The position numbers and the translations under genes were made by a program. From Chrysomallon squamiferum (lineage: Eukaryota > Animalia > Mollusca), in contig CM022676.1 of NCBI GenBank assembly GCA_012295275.1, forward strand, positions 13,640,001-13,704,000: a DNA stretch of 64,000 nucleotides. The letters are read 5' to 3'. The notes under the pieces are model-generated. The model saw only the letters and a program-made list of their open reading frames with translations. It was not told where the DNA came from and searched no databases. Below are positions 35,681-51,500 of the stretch, piece by piece (within the stretch, counting starts at the first letter, position 1; each line of letters starts with the position of its first letter).

Positions 35681-37014
35681 ACGTACTTTTAAAATAACAA
35701 ACTGAACATACAGAAAGGAGAACATTTTAATAACTTTAAAAATATTTTATATACAAATCATTAACAAATGTAACTATTTTAAAGATAAAAAATTCACTTA
35801 AAATAATAGAAGAAAACAGTGAAAGCGTTATTGTCAGGGTTGAAATTCGAAACATTCAGTATATGCATAATTAAGACGTGTACATGGAGCATGGATATTA
35901 AAGCATTTCACACATAGTTTCTATAATGTTATGAAATGTACTCGCGCCCAGAATTAATCTCGAACAATAACTGATTTGTTTGGTTTGTCACAGATAGTTT
36001 TACAAAAAACAAAATCGTATAACAACAACAAAAAAAACAAAATAAAAAATTATATTTTTTTTCTTTATTTGACCATAAGCTCTGGTTGATAACCGTCTCC
36101 AATTTTTTAGCAGAAACAATAATAATAAATATATAGATACCTAACCAAATAAATAATAACCTTTGAAATTCATGTATTGCATCATTGTATTATTTTAAAG
36201 ATTAGTCTCATAATACAGATGAGTTTATTTTAACGCGAATAGTGAAAACCTGGCAGCTTAGTAAGGCACTCCAAGCTGTACGAGTGCGTGAAAGAACATA
36301 AAATACAAGTTAGGCACACGTCAAAATTCAGAGTGTTTTAATGACATCTCCAAACGAAAATTTAACTTTGAACAGACTAAATTCAAACAGATAAAAGCTT
36401 CAATTAAAATAAATAAAGTAGAAACAACACCATAGTTGAAATTTGAAAAAATACATTAAAGCACTTAACGTTTAACAATGAATTTCAATAATTTTATAAA
36501 TATTAAAACACTTTAATAACTGTAAGAACACTAACAACCAACGTCAACACTTTTCTTATAAAAATGTCTTCTTTTCTGAAATGCTTTGAAATGTACTGAA
36601 AATATACCAGCATTCTAACTGATGAGTTACTTCTGATTTGTAATTCTAACACTGTTTACTTACAAATGATAAAAAGTAACTGTCAAAATGTTATAAGATC
36701 AGTCTTTCACACTAAATAAAATATTGTATTTAGTTACAAATTAAATTCTAGAAATATACATATGTATTATATTTCATTTAGAAAAACTTAAAAAGAAAAG
36801 AATCATTTTAATACATATATAAATATACAAAGTAAGTTATAATACTAATAATAATAATAACAATAGTAACAATAGTAATAATAATAATAATAATAATAAT
36901 ATTGAGGATAAAACCCAAAGAAAGAAACAAGAATATAATTTAGATTGTTGTCAATATTTTATACATCTCATATCTCCGTGTTTATCTATCTCTGAGGAGT
37001 CTGTAGATCTACAG
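35654..37014 (+). repeat. Segmental duplicate copy 1 (~1.36 kb), same orientation as 50023-51411
   Basis: Starts in (CT)n then cgtacttttaaaataacaaactgaac; ends gaggagtctgtagatctacag; colinear with copy 2. Confidence 0.9.
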
Positions 37015-39139
37015 CAAACCAGTGATGACTAAAGTGTTGATAAACCTGAAGAAAGATAAAATAAAGATAAAATGATAAACAAAGAATTATTATACACACG
37101 GAAATAGATAAGCACAGACACAGACAAGAAAGGCATACATACATAAAAAAAGACAACATATGTAGATAGACATCATTACATACACTGATACAGACACATC
37201 TTTACATGTACATATAGATAATACATACACACATACATACACAAGTAATTGAAGACAGTCCGACAGAAAAGTAGATATACAGAATCACAGAAACAAACAG
37301 ACTGAGCGATACTAGACATAGGTACAGATGGTACATGCAGATACACTGAGAGGAAAGCTGATAAAATTAATAATACAATAAAATAACTAATAAAAAGAAA
37401 ATAGTTACAAGACTACTTACGTGATTATTGCATAAATCATTGAAGAAAATGTGGAATCGCTTCCGCTTATTGGATCTAAAATAAATTAATAAATAAATAA
37501 ATAATCCTTTAATTACTACCAAATATCTAGCAGCACACATATACTCATATCTTTCAAGCACGTCTATCTCCAGAAGTGAAAGTCTTGTCCCAGTCAAGCA
37601 CTTATATTCGTTCTTAATGACCTTCAAAAATTCAAATGCTGACAACAGTAAAAACCTGTTTCTCAAAGTTTTTTTGCGGTCCTAGACTATTGATTTAATT
37701 GAAATTAGCCTCCGAAAACTCAAAGCAGAGAATAGTAAGTTGTTCTTTAAGCGGAATAAAATTAACTTGCTATAGGTCATCTGTCTATGTAAGGCGAAGG
37801 GCTTCTTTACATAATATATAATTGTATACAGTCCTCAAAGAACTGCCACAGTGAACCATTGACTCTTACTCATTAGTGTTTCTTTGTATTTACAAAGAAG
37901 TGTATTGTGGGAAACATGTTATTTGCAATTTAAATGTGATTTAAGAGAATTGTGCGAATTATGCTTCTAAATATGAATACATACATACATTCATATATAG
38001 ATAGATAGCTAGATATATAGATATATACTTATATATACAGACCTGCACATGTATGTTAATTAGAAGAAACTGCTGTAAATGTTTGAATTCTCTGAAAGTT
38101 AACCTATTTTATTGATACTTTTCAGTTTTGAATTATCAAGGTGTATCTGTGTCTGTACATACATACACACAGTCGAAACTCGTCTAACAGTCAGCTATTC
38201 AAAATCCCACCACAAATTCACACAAAAGCATTTCCTTCTTTAAATGAGCTGTTCTGTGCAGTCACTGGTTTATAACCGCCAGCAGCCAATGTTTTTCACT
38301 GAAAATAATCAACTGAACCTACTATAATGGTCACCGTTTTTATATATTTTAATAGCTTTCCAATGGGGCTAAAAGCAGCCAGAGCCTAATGCTTGCAAAA
38401 TATTTAACATGGTTTTCACTGTTGAGTGTTTAAAACATCCTGTTTTACATACAGGTTATGAATTCACAGAAAAACTCATGATCAAAGAAACAACAACACT
38501 CCGTTTATGAGCAAATCTTTATCTTTTTCTCCATGCAATTCATAAAGTTTTTGTCTGCTTGTAAGCCAAATTAATAGAGGCTATAAAACACTGATTCTGC
38601 ACTGACTGGCTGAACTGTAACTGTCTACCACTAACCAGTTAAAGTGAAAGCATATAACATTGGCTGGGACTTTTACTGAGACTAGGATGTCAACAATGAC
38701 CACTATGTTGGTATCATCCATGTCAGGGTTAGGGCTAACAATGTGATTGTGTTACTTTCTGCTGGATGGTGTTGTTGCTGTTGTCGATTCTAATATAAAC
38801 TTGCATTTATCTCACTCTGTGTCAGTGTGTGTGTATGTGTGTGTGTGTGTGTGAAAGACAGGCATTAAGCTGTACCTTTATCTATGTTAATAAGCATATT
38901 ACTCAATGTGGAACTAAAACAGTAAACATAGTATAAACTTCTTTTAAAAGCTTTTTTTTATATCAGAATTAGAAGATAGAAATAAAGCTATTCCTTGATT
39001 AGTTAAGCAGAATCGACAAACAATCACTGGCATCTAGAAATTATCTGAAATAATGAAGAATGTAGCTAAGTGTACTGAGCTGAAGCAAATAAAAAGTTTG
39101 GAATAAAAAACAAATTAAATTTGAAACTGCTTAATTTGT

Positions 39140-42100
39140 TTATAATTTGATTTTGACATCAATAGTAATAATATGTTTTGTTTTCTGATGATCAGCATTA
39201 TTGTAATTCTGTCTGGTAGGATGTTGGCTCTCTGCTGTATTGTTGCTCACATCAGTTTTATTCAGTGAATCAGTGACTGACTGTTGACAAACTTCAGATT
39301 TTGTGAGTTCTTTACAGACATCTTTACTGACTGGTTGATTTGAAGGTTTTACATTTGTCTGATTATATGAGTAATCTTCAGAACTTTCATTATCTTCATC
39401 ACTTCCATGGTTACCAGACATATTGTACGAAGATTCATTAGCAATCCTATCTTTGACAGACTGTGAAGTTTCTACATCTTCAGTGTCATATTTTTTGTCA
39501 ATGTTCTCTTGAATGTTACAATTTTCTTCTGCTTTGATATCAACAGAAACCTCAGTTTGAGACTTTTCAGTGTTCATGTTACTGCTCAGTTCAATATTTG
39601 TAGTTTTATCATTTTTCTTTGTGTTTTGGTTTCTTAGTGATATCAGACAGCATGTTATGATTATACAAAGACCTGTGACACTGATAACTGTAATGAGGAT
39701 AATACAAACTAACTTACAGTTTTAATAATTACTAAATTATATTTAATGTTTAATTAATCTACAAACACACAGACACACAAGATAATTCTACATTAAATGA
39801 CTTGTAAATAGGAACATAAATAATGAAAACAAGAGTAGCAATCACAATAAAAAATACATTTTAATCAAACTGATTAATTCAAGAATATCTTTGTTGTTCA
39901 TGTTTCTATCATTTTTAAAATGATGTTTTTTTCAGTTTAAATTATAAATTATTTCTTTAACCTCAGTTATTATTTTGTCAGTGTAGATTGCTCAGGTGCA
40001 TAGAAGATTATTCTGTATATCTTAGTTGTTTTTCATTTTTGTTTATAACTTAAAGCTAAGAGAGAGAAACATGGAAAAAGAAAAAAGAACAAAAAAAAAA
40101 AAAGAAAGATAGCTATAAGCAGTATCCATCAAATGTGTAATATTTTATTATTAACAATTATTATACTTCGGTGTTCTGTAATTATGTTGATATGAGAGAG
40201 AAAGGCATTGTCACTATTATATCATCACTCTTCCTTATCAGAGAAAAGGGATCTTTAACAAATTCTTTTTGATATAATTAGCCTAAAGCTGTGTTTTCCA
40301 AGACAAAATTAAGAATAATAACTTGTAGTAGATCAGTATGAATTAACATGAATTAAACCTACCTTGGATATCAAGAGTGATGTTAGATGACACATTATAT
40401 TCACCATTAGTAGCTAAACACACCAAACTTTTCCCATTATCTTCTGTATTAAATGTTTTATTTAATTGGCTTCTTGTTACAACTCCTGAGCAAGTAACTG
40501 TCTCATGGGAGCTGGTAATGCCTTCTGTTATCTTTGTACCATCTAAAGTCCATGTGATTACAGCTTCTGGACGGCAAAGGTTAGTTGAACAGGTCAGTTG
40601 TGTAAGAATTCCTGGCTTTACTGGGGTTGATTCACTTGTTATAGAAGTGTTCTCCAAAGGAACTTTAAAATGAAAATAAAACAACAAATATTGAAACCTT
40701 ATAATTTAATAAGCACTCATTTTTATTTTTAAATCCTAATTGAAAGAAATTACAGATTTTAAGAAGTTTTTATTTATTTATTTATTTATTTTATTTATTA
40801 GTAATAGGGTTGTAGGACGAAACAGCAATTACTGAAGTGACACATAGGAAATTTTTTTATTTTCAGTCTGTGAGTTTCACAAAATATTTAGGCAAACTTT
40901 AATAGTGTAATGCTTCATTTACTTTAAACAATTTTTTTACCATTGGATGTATAATTATGTTGATATTACTGTACCATTAACAAACAAAATTTTAAATATT
41001 CAGAGTTATACAAAACCGAAGATAAATCTTTAAAGTGCAGTGTTCTTGAAAGGCTGGTCAAAGAATAACATGAATGTATTAAAATATTGGTCAAATTTTC
41101 TTATCGCTGAGAAAAAACCATCTTTACCATGAAAGAATAAAACAAAATAATAATAAAAAAAATTTAAGAGTTCTGATATATTTTATGAAACATTCTCCAA
41201 GGAATAATTGTATGCTTATTCTGTATTTTTACTCTGTAAAAATATTTCTTAAAAGTGGGATATTCATTAAACAAAAATATGTTTGATCATTAATCCGGAG
41301 ATATGCAGAAAAGCATGATGCAGGTCAACATTTTGGAAATTTTATAAATCTGATTTAAGTACGTGCTTTACTGTTATCACTTTAGGCATTCAAAATTAAA
41401 TAAATTTATGAAATTTCGTATACCTTTTTGGGTAGATTAGAAGGACTAAACCAAGAAAAATTATATTTACTATTTATTATATATTATTATAATTCGGGAA
41501 TTTAAGACTGGCCAATGTGCATATTTCAAAATCAAACAAAATGGATCTGTTCTGACTGTTCATTCTTTTCTGATACATCTTTTGAAAATATTTCATTTTT
41601 AGAATATTTTAGTCATGGTAGAATGGAGATAAATCTACTCTATTTTATTTTTGTGAAAGACAGTTGCAGACTGGACAATGCTAAATATTAACATTTAATT
41701 TCATTTGGTTTGAAATGCCATTTAGTGTGTTCAATCCACAATCACGAACAAAAAAAATTAAATCTTATTAAGTTTATTTCCTAAATCAAACTCAGGATCT
41801 GTAGAGTGACAAATGTAAATAAAAGATTTTTACCATGGACTTCTATCACTGCAGCATTGCTTTGAGTTCCTCCAAATGGTGGCTCACATTTCCACTCAGT
41901 TCCATTGTAACAGAAGTCGATGTTGTTTATAGTCAAATTGAAAATAGTTCCTCCAGAACATGAATACTGGTATTTAGGTGGAGGAGTTCCTGCACAGCTG
42001 GTACCTGAACCTTGTGTTATAGAGAAACTCAACCATGGTGTTATCCATTGTATTCCGGTTACACTACTTCCCGTGTTACAAGTAAGAGTGATTGATGATC

Positions 42101-45100
42101 CAGTTACAACAGAGTCTTTAGATTTTGTGATGGTGTACTGACCTAAAATAAACATTACACATACATACATATACATATATATTATATATCCACACACACA
42201 CATATACAATACACACATATATATATGATCATGAAAAAGAATTAGTGACAAATGTTCTTCAAATTACTTCAATCTGTGGAAACTGCAAAGAATTTTGGAA
42301 GACAAATAAAAACATGAATCTTTTGTTAAATATTCAGTTTGAGTGGACAACAATTATTCAGAAAATAATATACTTTATTAACTATATTTGCAATAAAGAT
42401 ATCAGTTTTTGCTGTATCTTTAGAAATCATTATTTGCCCTCATGTAACAAGGTATTCTGTTTATGGACAAGTCCAGTTTCACTTTCACAGCAGTTATGGC
42501 CATTCAGGTCTATTATCTTGTTGGAGAACATATTAGTGACATTTGTATTGTAATGTGATGTGCATTTGATAGTGGAAGTGTCATAGTTTAGGGTGGGTTC
42601 ACGTTAACTGGATGAACATCTCTTTTGACCTTTGTTATGACCTTGAAATTGACCGTGTGGATCATGTGACTGTGAGATGTCCTTCTTGAAATTTAATCTC
42701 CCACATGTTAACTAAAACATAAAAGTTTCACAGGTGTAATATATTTTGTTTAGCAGCAATATACATTTAAAAATTGCATGCCCATGAAAATAACACCTTT
42801 TCTGCCATTAACATCTGATTAGCTACAATCTGAATGTCCAATTCGTGATGCTAGGAATCACCATCTATCTCTCTTGATCACTGAGTATCACATTGTAGGC
42901 CTACATGTATGATCATATAATATCAAACTACTTTCCTCACTGCCTTCTCACCTACTCAGCAGTCACAGAATCACTGAGTCACCCACTTCCACCATAGTCT
43001 TGCAATTCTAGCATTATCCTTTTTACTCTGAGTACATCCACTGAGAAGATGCAATAGAAGGTGTATCAGTGACACAGAAGATGTCCCCTTCACTAGTCCA
43101 ACAAGTGTGTTCTTCATTTGGCCAGTGAAACAACTTAGAAGGTCCGCGAAGGTGCATGAAATGAATGAAGAATTATCCATGCTCTTCTGAAATGTCCTCA
43201 GCTAGCCCAAGCCATGCCTCATTGTCATACAGACAACAAACACAGTTTTGCTTCTTGGCTCCTCTGGTAACTGTCATATTCTCAAAATCCTGGACAGTAG
43301 TAGTTGTTCTAATAATAAAAGTAGTAACAGTAGTAATGGTAGAAGTACTGGTGGTGGTAGAAGTAATACCAGTGGTGGCGGTGGTGGTAGTAGTAGTAGT
43401 AGTAGTAGGAGTAGTAGTAGTGGAAGAGTCTAGTGGGAGTGATAATAGTAATAGCTGTACTAGTATCAAACGTTGTAGCATCAATGATAATAGTGTCAGT
43501 AGAAGATGTAGTATTAGTAGAAATAGTTAGAAACAAAAGGTAGTGGGAATAGACAGAGTAGTAGAAGAATTAGTAGTAGAAACTTCTAATTGGCATGTGC
43601 TCAATGGGGATTTCACCAAGGGATTTTCAAGGAGTTCCTGACATGCCTGAAGCCACATTTCCTGTTAACCCTTTGGGCCTGATTGTGTAGAACATCTCAT
43701 GGCATTTGGCATCTTTTCGTAGTCTTCAGGCATTCCTTCAGACATGTCAGTTGGATTTTGACTCCAAAGATGAGTTTTTAGTCTCAGTGAAGTGTATGCA
43801 TGTAGAAAATGTACATTGTAATGCATTTTTTTCAATCATCCGTTCAGGTATGCACATGGAATCCTTGTCATATTGTCTTTTCAACAATACCAACTGTATG
43901 AAGATTGGCCCAGTAGTTCCTGAGATATGAGGGTTCAAAGGTTGGTGGTCATGCCCATTTTGGCCAAACATCACTGGTCTGACTGGCCTAAAATTTCGGA
44001 TTTGGTGCTATGGGATCCCAATCAACAAGTATAACAAGTATAAAAATCTGAGACAGTCAGGTTTAACCCATTGGGTGATTTGGCTGTGTATAAAAAACAT
44101 ATCAGGTATTGGGTGTCAAATCAAAGGCAAATACTGCAAAATGATGATTACTTTATACAAAAAATTCAAATACAGTGTAAAAGAGCTGTGCAGAAATAAA
44201 GGTATCACAGTCATGTAGAATTTATTGTAAAATTTATTTTAAAACTTGTTCAGGATGGAACTGAAATGATGATCTTTCCTCTGAATAAATAAGTGTGTCA
44301 AATATGCATGACCAATGTGAGCACAACACATGACTATATTATCCTTCCTGCACTGGCTGTATGAGAACTGCCAATCTTGACAGAAGTTTCTTCAGGACTG
44401 CACCATTCCAAACATCTTGCCAAATTGTAAAAATGGGTTGGTTGATAGAAGATAGCCAAGTATATTTCTGTTGGATATTATACAGAGTTATTCTGCAGTA
44501 CCTACTTACACTTGAAAACTGAGTAACAAACTAAGATCACTTATTTTAATAACTAAAAGCTTAGGTAGAAATGTAACGTAAACAGCTGGCTTAATTAGAA
44601 CAATATCTATGAACATTATTTGCATTTGTATAGTATTGTTCGAATCGTACGATTAAATTATATGTTGCCATTGATGGTTAATTTATGTGAAATATATATA
44701 TATATATATATAAAACAATTACCTGCATTCAATTCTTGTTTGCATTATTATTCTGTAGTAAATATAAACTAGTCATTTATTAGTTTAAGCTATTTTAGAT
44801 CATTAACACCTTGTCACTTGATGCTATTATAGTCTGCTAACCCTTAGTAAGGAAGATATTAACAGGGTTTGTAAATCTCGACCTGTCAAAATTTCAATAA
44901 CTTTTCCAAAACTTTCCATTGCCAAAAATCCAAATTTCCAAAACCATTTCCAAGCAAACTCAATCAAAACAAAGTGTTTTTTGTTTTTGTTTTTTTTTTC
45001 TTCTGTTTTTAGGTTTTTAAAACTGACCCTAAGGGGCTGTTGAAACATTACACAAAGCTGTTTTTGTCAAAATTAAACACCCACCCACTCCCTTGTAATG

Positions 45101-48100
45101 CTAGACTAAATGATATATACGGTAACACTCGAAGATATCCCCTCCAACACACAGCCAAAGCAATGTGGCAATGTTTATTTATATCTATTTTTTTTGTGTA
45201 CTACTACAATGCTGTCATTAATGTGACGTACTGCTGTAGGATGGAATAATTGTGTTGGGTTTACATTTACTAGTAAATACATACATTAAATATATATATA
45301 TATATTACAAGTTCCTTAAGAATATAGCTATTACAAACAATGCATCTGGGAAAAACTGCTAAAAAAAAACAAAACAAAACAAACAAATAAGAAAAAAAAA
45401 CAAAAAAAAACAGATACACATTTGACCACTGGAATGTCAATACTTATAAAACATTGCTTCTTATAATATGATGGATCCTCTAAAATGTCTAAAAAGTAAA
45501 AATAAAAAAAGTAAAAGCAGTGCAGATAGTCTGAGTTAATCTTTCAGCATCCAGCTGATATGGAATTACTACCAAAATCAAACCACTGTTGTGGTTAGAT
45601 TATAATGGCACCTCATTACATTGGCTAAAATGGGGATTTGGGTCAGAAATAATTATTGGTGAAACAAATGAATTTTTCATATTTTTTATTTATGGCAAGG
45701 ACATAATTTTCCATAACTTTTCTATAGCCAAAGTAAAAAAATCTGATTTTCTAAAATGTTTTAGGTCCTGAAAAGCACTGTGACGAATTTCCCAAACTTT
45801 CCAAGACTTTAGAGCATAACCTTTTGGTCTGCTGACCATTCTGTATTATAACTTTTAAAATGAAGGCCATTCAGCGCAATACTCATATTGGACAATCTAC
45901 AGCAAATATGAAAATCACTGACATTTAATGTGTCAAACACTGGATGATGCTGTTAATTTTCACAGAAAATAAAGTTACAGACAAGATAATGTCCTGAGAT
46001 ATACCCATCTGCTGTGTGTGAATAATGGAAAAAATTGACCCCATCCAGACATTAAAACATTTATCTTTTAAAAACTGAGAAATGAAAACAGGAAATCGAT
46101 CTTTTAGGTTGTTTAAAATATCATACTTCCATGTGGTAATGTAATCTTTATCCAAATAATAATAAAAAACAACAACATGGATGACAGCTTCACTACGAAA
46201 TGTTTCAAATCTAACAAAATGATCAGCCAGCCCATGTCTAGATCTGAACCCAAATTCAATCACTGAATGTGATAAGCAATTTGTGGAATTCAAGATACCA
46301 GACAAGTCTATGATTGATAATTTATTCCATGGTTTTACAAATGACAAAGATATATTTATAGGGCAATAACTAGTTTGAATTTGTTGGATCTGTAACAGGC
46401 TTGGGAATAGGAATAATAATTGCTTTCCACCAATCAGAAGAAAAGTCTCCAGAAATTCAGATGTTATATTAAAAATATTCGAAAGAACTATCAAAGATTA
46501 TTCAGATAAATGTTCTAATAACTTATAATGAATTTTATTTGGTCCTTCTGAAGTAACAGGGTTCTGTGAAGAGCATCCTGCATTTCCCCCACAGAGAAAT
46601 GTCTGTTATAAACTTCAGCACCCAGATGTAACAGCATATGTAGTGAAAGCTAAATATAAATTATGAGAATGCTGTCTGCAGCTATGTCATGATGAGACAT
46701 GACATCTGTATCACTGCATTCTTTACCACTGAAAATCACCTCTTTCACTCATGTATCTTTGCACATATCATTAGACTATTGTTTACTGAAATGGTTTGGC
46801 CCTCCCGAAGTCTTAGGAATACTGTCATATGCAATGACCTTTGAAATCGAAATGAACAAAGAAATAGGATCATCAGTAATTGTAATGGCAAATTGTTGCA
46901 GACAAGTTTTGTATAGATGCTGAAACTGAACCTAACTTCCTTCTCCATAATAATGGGAAAATGGTCATATAACAAGGGTCTGAACCCACTTTCCAGGAAA
47001 AATCAAACAGAAGTGAAGGATTACAAAGGATTAACTCTACAGAAGTGAAAGAACAACCTAAAGAATGAAAATATGTATAATGATCATGAAATAAAAGCAA
47101 AATCATTTTTGAGAATTAAGTCTTCCAACTGTTCCTTTAATATTTAAAGAGTGGTGATGAATAAAATCTCCCATAATAACAATGAAGGAATATGTAACTT
47201 GTCAAGAAGATCTTGAAGAACCCTAGGAGTAAAATTAAAATGTTTGCGAGGTGGCAAGTAAACCTAGGAAGGTGTAATGGTTTGTATAAGCTGTAATCTT
47301 TACAGCCATGGCTTGTAAACTGGTAGTTAATGTTACTGAACTGAGGAACAGTTTCATTAACAAGAATGGAAACATACCCAGATATCTATATTTTAGTATC
47401 TTAAAATTTATGATAGAAGTTAAATCCTCTCATGGTAATATAATCTTTGTCTTTCAAGTATGTTTCTTGAAGACACACTGCTGAAGGATTATATTTTTCA
47501 ATTAAAAGATTTAATTCATCAAAACTGGGCCTCAGCCCAAGACAGTTCGACTGAATGACAGAACTAGTCATTATGAGGAAGTGCAACATTAGTTTTTCCT
47601 TTGATGTTGATCCAGAACAGCATCGAAATTAAACGTCCATCTCATCAGTCACATCAAAAAACAAGACAACAAAGGAATGCCCAAGTCAGTAACTGGAGTA
47701 ACTTTCATCTTGATCTATTTTTTTTTTTTTTTTTTTTTGGAGGGGGGTGATTTGACCCACTAGATACTGAGCTTTAAAATAAAAATAAAAAAGGTAAAAA
47801 AATATTTAAAAAAAAAAAAAAAAAATAAAAGTTTATGATTAATTTTTTTTTATAAACTTAACTTTGTAAAATGATACAGCTTTATTACATTTCAATAAAA
47901 AAAAAAAAAAAAAATTAAAAGTTTAATTAAAAAAAGTTAGAAAATAATAAAAATATTGTTACATGTATTTTTTATTACAGCTTTAATACATATAGGAGAA
48001 TATTAGTGACATATTTTGGAGACTTCTCTTCAACTGAAGATAAAGTATTCAATATTAATAATAATTAAAAACCCTTATAATGGCTTATTATATCTAATAT

Positions 48101-48525
48101 CACAATATCTAACTGAAATGTTTTAAATTTGTCTGCTTTTCACAATGCTATTTTTTTTCTACATATGAATATAACTGAGTAGTTTTAGAAAGGATCTTAG
48201 GAGTAATCTTGTCTTTGTCATGCATCTTCACCACAAAACAGGGACATTCAACTGCTGCACAAGGCCAGAAATGCAGAAAAAAAGAAAGAAAAACAAATTA
48301 AAAAGGCACAACTAGTATAAATGTTGCATTGTTTATTTGGTCAGTGAGGTTCGGTGTCAGTGCAAAACACAACAGTAAAGGCACAGAACACCTGTGCCAT
48401 TTTGGTTTAATGGATTCATTAATTTTCTTTTTCATGGTCTGATACCAGCTATTTCATACTGGGGTCATTTCAGTATTGTTTTGTTTTCGGGTAAATTGAT
48501 TCCAACATAATTGTTCCTAATTCTG

Positions 48526-48565
<40 letters not shown>

Positions 48566-51500
48566 ACAGCATTTATATTTTACAATAATGCAATCAAAGC
48601 AATCTGACATCATAAGAAGATTATATATATTTATATTAAATTGCAAAAACAAAACAATAATATTAAGTAAAAACACACAAAAAATAAATAAATAAAAAAC
48701 CCAGAATATTTTCACAACCCTACAACATAATTTGTATAATAGAAATTAAGAAAGTGTAGAGATATTAATAAAGTAAAGTTTATTGCAACTAACTGAACCC
48801 ACTCACTGATGGTCAGTGATGGTGTACTTTCTACAGCTGTCACATTCCCAGTGTGATTGTTGCACCCAGTATGTTTGTTCATGTTCATCACATGCTGAAA
48901 TCTAGTGTGTCATGCTTCAAGTTGTTCTTTGGGTTGACTCTGTATTCAAGGGCCAGAGATTCCAGATTTCCACTGCATACAGTGATGGTGTCATGCTCAC
49001 ACACAGTTCTTGGCAAACACCAAAGGAAATGATTTTCCAAAAATCTCAGTGTGGCTTGTGGAGAGTTAATGGAAGTGCTTTGGTGCTGTCTGCTACTCTT
49101 GATTATATATTAAAAAATTTCTAGATTAACTGCTATATTTTATCAATAATATTCCCATGACAATTCATGTGAGTAATCAATCTCAAATCGAAAATTTGTC
49201 CTCTCTAACTAACATTCAAATAGCAATAACATGTTTGACATGACATACTTATTATGTATGCCATGCACGCAATGAAATTTTCAAAACAGGCAGTTTTCCT
49301 TATACTAAATAAACAATTGATTGTTTTGAAACTACCAAGGGAAGCAATATATTGACTATTCCAGTGCTTACACTAGCTTAAAGTTAGAGAGATCTGCCAA
49401 GACTAGACTTCATTATTCCTACATGAGAAATCATAGCAAATGTATTATGCTTCAACTTCAGTGAAAAAAAACCATGTTCCATTTTAGCTCTCTGGGTCTA
49501 GTCACAATGCCTGTGATGTAGTACTAGTAGTCTGTGCTACTGAACATTCATATTCTGTGAGTGATGCTAAAATATTAGCCCTTAAATATAGAGACTGCTA
49601 GGGCTATTTCAATAATTTTAGAAGATGTGTTTCCAAACTGGAATAAGTAGTCTGTCCATATTTAAGTTCCAAGCAGACTATAAGAAAGATACCTATGAGC
49701 AAAGTACCAATAGCTGACTGCATTGACAACTGCAGATATTCATCTTGGTGCAGATAATTGGTTACAGCATTTGAACAAACAAATAAGGTTTCTCCTATTA
49801 AAAAAGAACTGTTTCACTAGTATTGTATGCAATTGCTATGATAACCTATTTCAGACAAAGTGGACTGCATTCCTATACTATGGACTGCATTCCTATACTA
49901 TGGCGACGGTTTACTAGTTACATTCTGTTTCTCTCTTATATCAACATTGTTACAGAACATTCAAGTCTAATAATTTTTAATAATAAAATATTACACATTT
50001 GGTGAACACTGTATATTGCGATCTCTCTCTCTCTCTCTTTCTCTCTATCTCTCTCTCTCTCTATCTCGCTCTCTCTCTCTCTCGTACTTTTAAAATAACA
50101 AACTGAACATACAGAAAGGAGAACATTTTAATAACTTTAAAAATGATTTATATACAAATCATTAACAAATGTAACTATTTTAAACATAAAAGATTCACTT
50201 AAAAGAATAAAAGAAAAAAGTAAAAGCGTTATTGTCAGTGTTGAAATTCGAAACATTCCGTATGTGCATAATTAAGACGTTTACATGGAGCATGGATATT
50301 AAAGCATTTCACACATAGTTTCTATAATGTTATGAAATGTACTCGCGCCCAGAATTAATCTCGAACAATAACTGATTTTTTTTTTTTGTATGTTACAAAT
50401 CGTTTTACAAAAAACAAAATCGTATAACAACAAGAAAAAAAACAAAATAAAAAATTATGTTTTTATCTTTATCTTACCGTTAGCTCTGGTTGATAACCGT
50501 CTCCAATTTTTTAGCAGAAATAATAATAATAAATAAATAGATAACTAACTAAATAAATAAAACCTTTGAAATTCATGTATTGCAGCATTGTATTATTTTA
50601 AAGATTGGTCTCATAATACAGATGAGTTTATTGTATCCGTTTTAACGCGAATAGTGAAAACCTGGCAGCTTAGTAAGGCACGCCATGCTGTACGAGTGCG
50701 TGAAAGAATATAAAATACAAGTTAGGCACACGTCAAAATTCAGAGTCTTTTTAATGACATGTTCAAAAGAAAATTTAACTTTGAACAGACTAAATTCAAA
50801 CAGAGAAAAATTTCAATTAAAATAAATAAAGTAGAAATAACACCACAATTGAAATTTGAAACTGTTTAAATATGGAACAAAAAAAAGTACATTAAAGCAC
50901 TTAACACTTAACAATGAATTTCAATAATTTTATAAATATTAAAACACTTTAATAACTGTAAGAATACTAACAACCAACGCCAACACTTTTCTTATAAAAA
51001 TATCTTCTTTTCTGAAATGCTTTCAAATGTACTGGAAATATACCAGCATTCTAACTGATGACTTACCTCTGATTTGTAATTCTAACACTGTTTACTTACA
51101 AATGATAAAAAGTAACTGTCAAAATGTTATAAGATCAGTCTTTCACACTAAATAAAATATTGTATTTAGTTACAAATTAAATTCTAGAAATATACATATG
51201 TAATATATTTCATTTAGAAAAACTTAAAAACAAAAGAATCATTTTAATACATATATAAATATACAAAGTAAGTTATAATAATAATAATAATAATAATATT
51301 GAGGATAAAATCCAAGGAAACAAACAAGAATATAATTTAGATCGTTGTCAATATTTTATACATCTCATATCTCCGTGTTTATCTATCTCTGAGGAGTCTG
51401 TAGATCTACAGCAGTGGTGGCCAAACTACGGCCCGCGGGCCGCATCCGGCCCCCAGTCCTGTTTCATCCGGCCCGCCAAACACCTTGCCTTGTTTTTTTC

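Noticed and set aside
43173-43484. ORF resembling a signal peptide plus Thr-rich mucin
   Set aside because: It derives from a (GTA/GTG)n low-complexity tract that opens several frames on both strands, and I found no phase-compatible donor linking it to gene C.
49861-49903. Perfect 20-bp tandem repeat tggactgcattcctatacta
   Set aside because: Only two copies, consistent with an ordinary slippage duplication.
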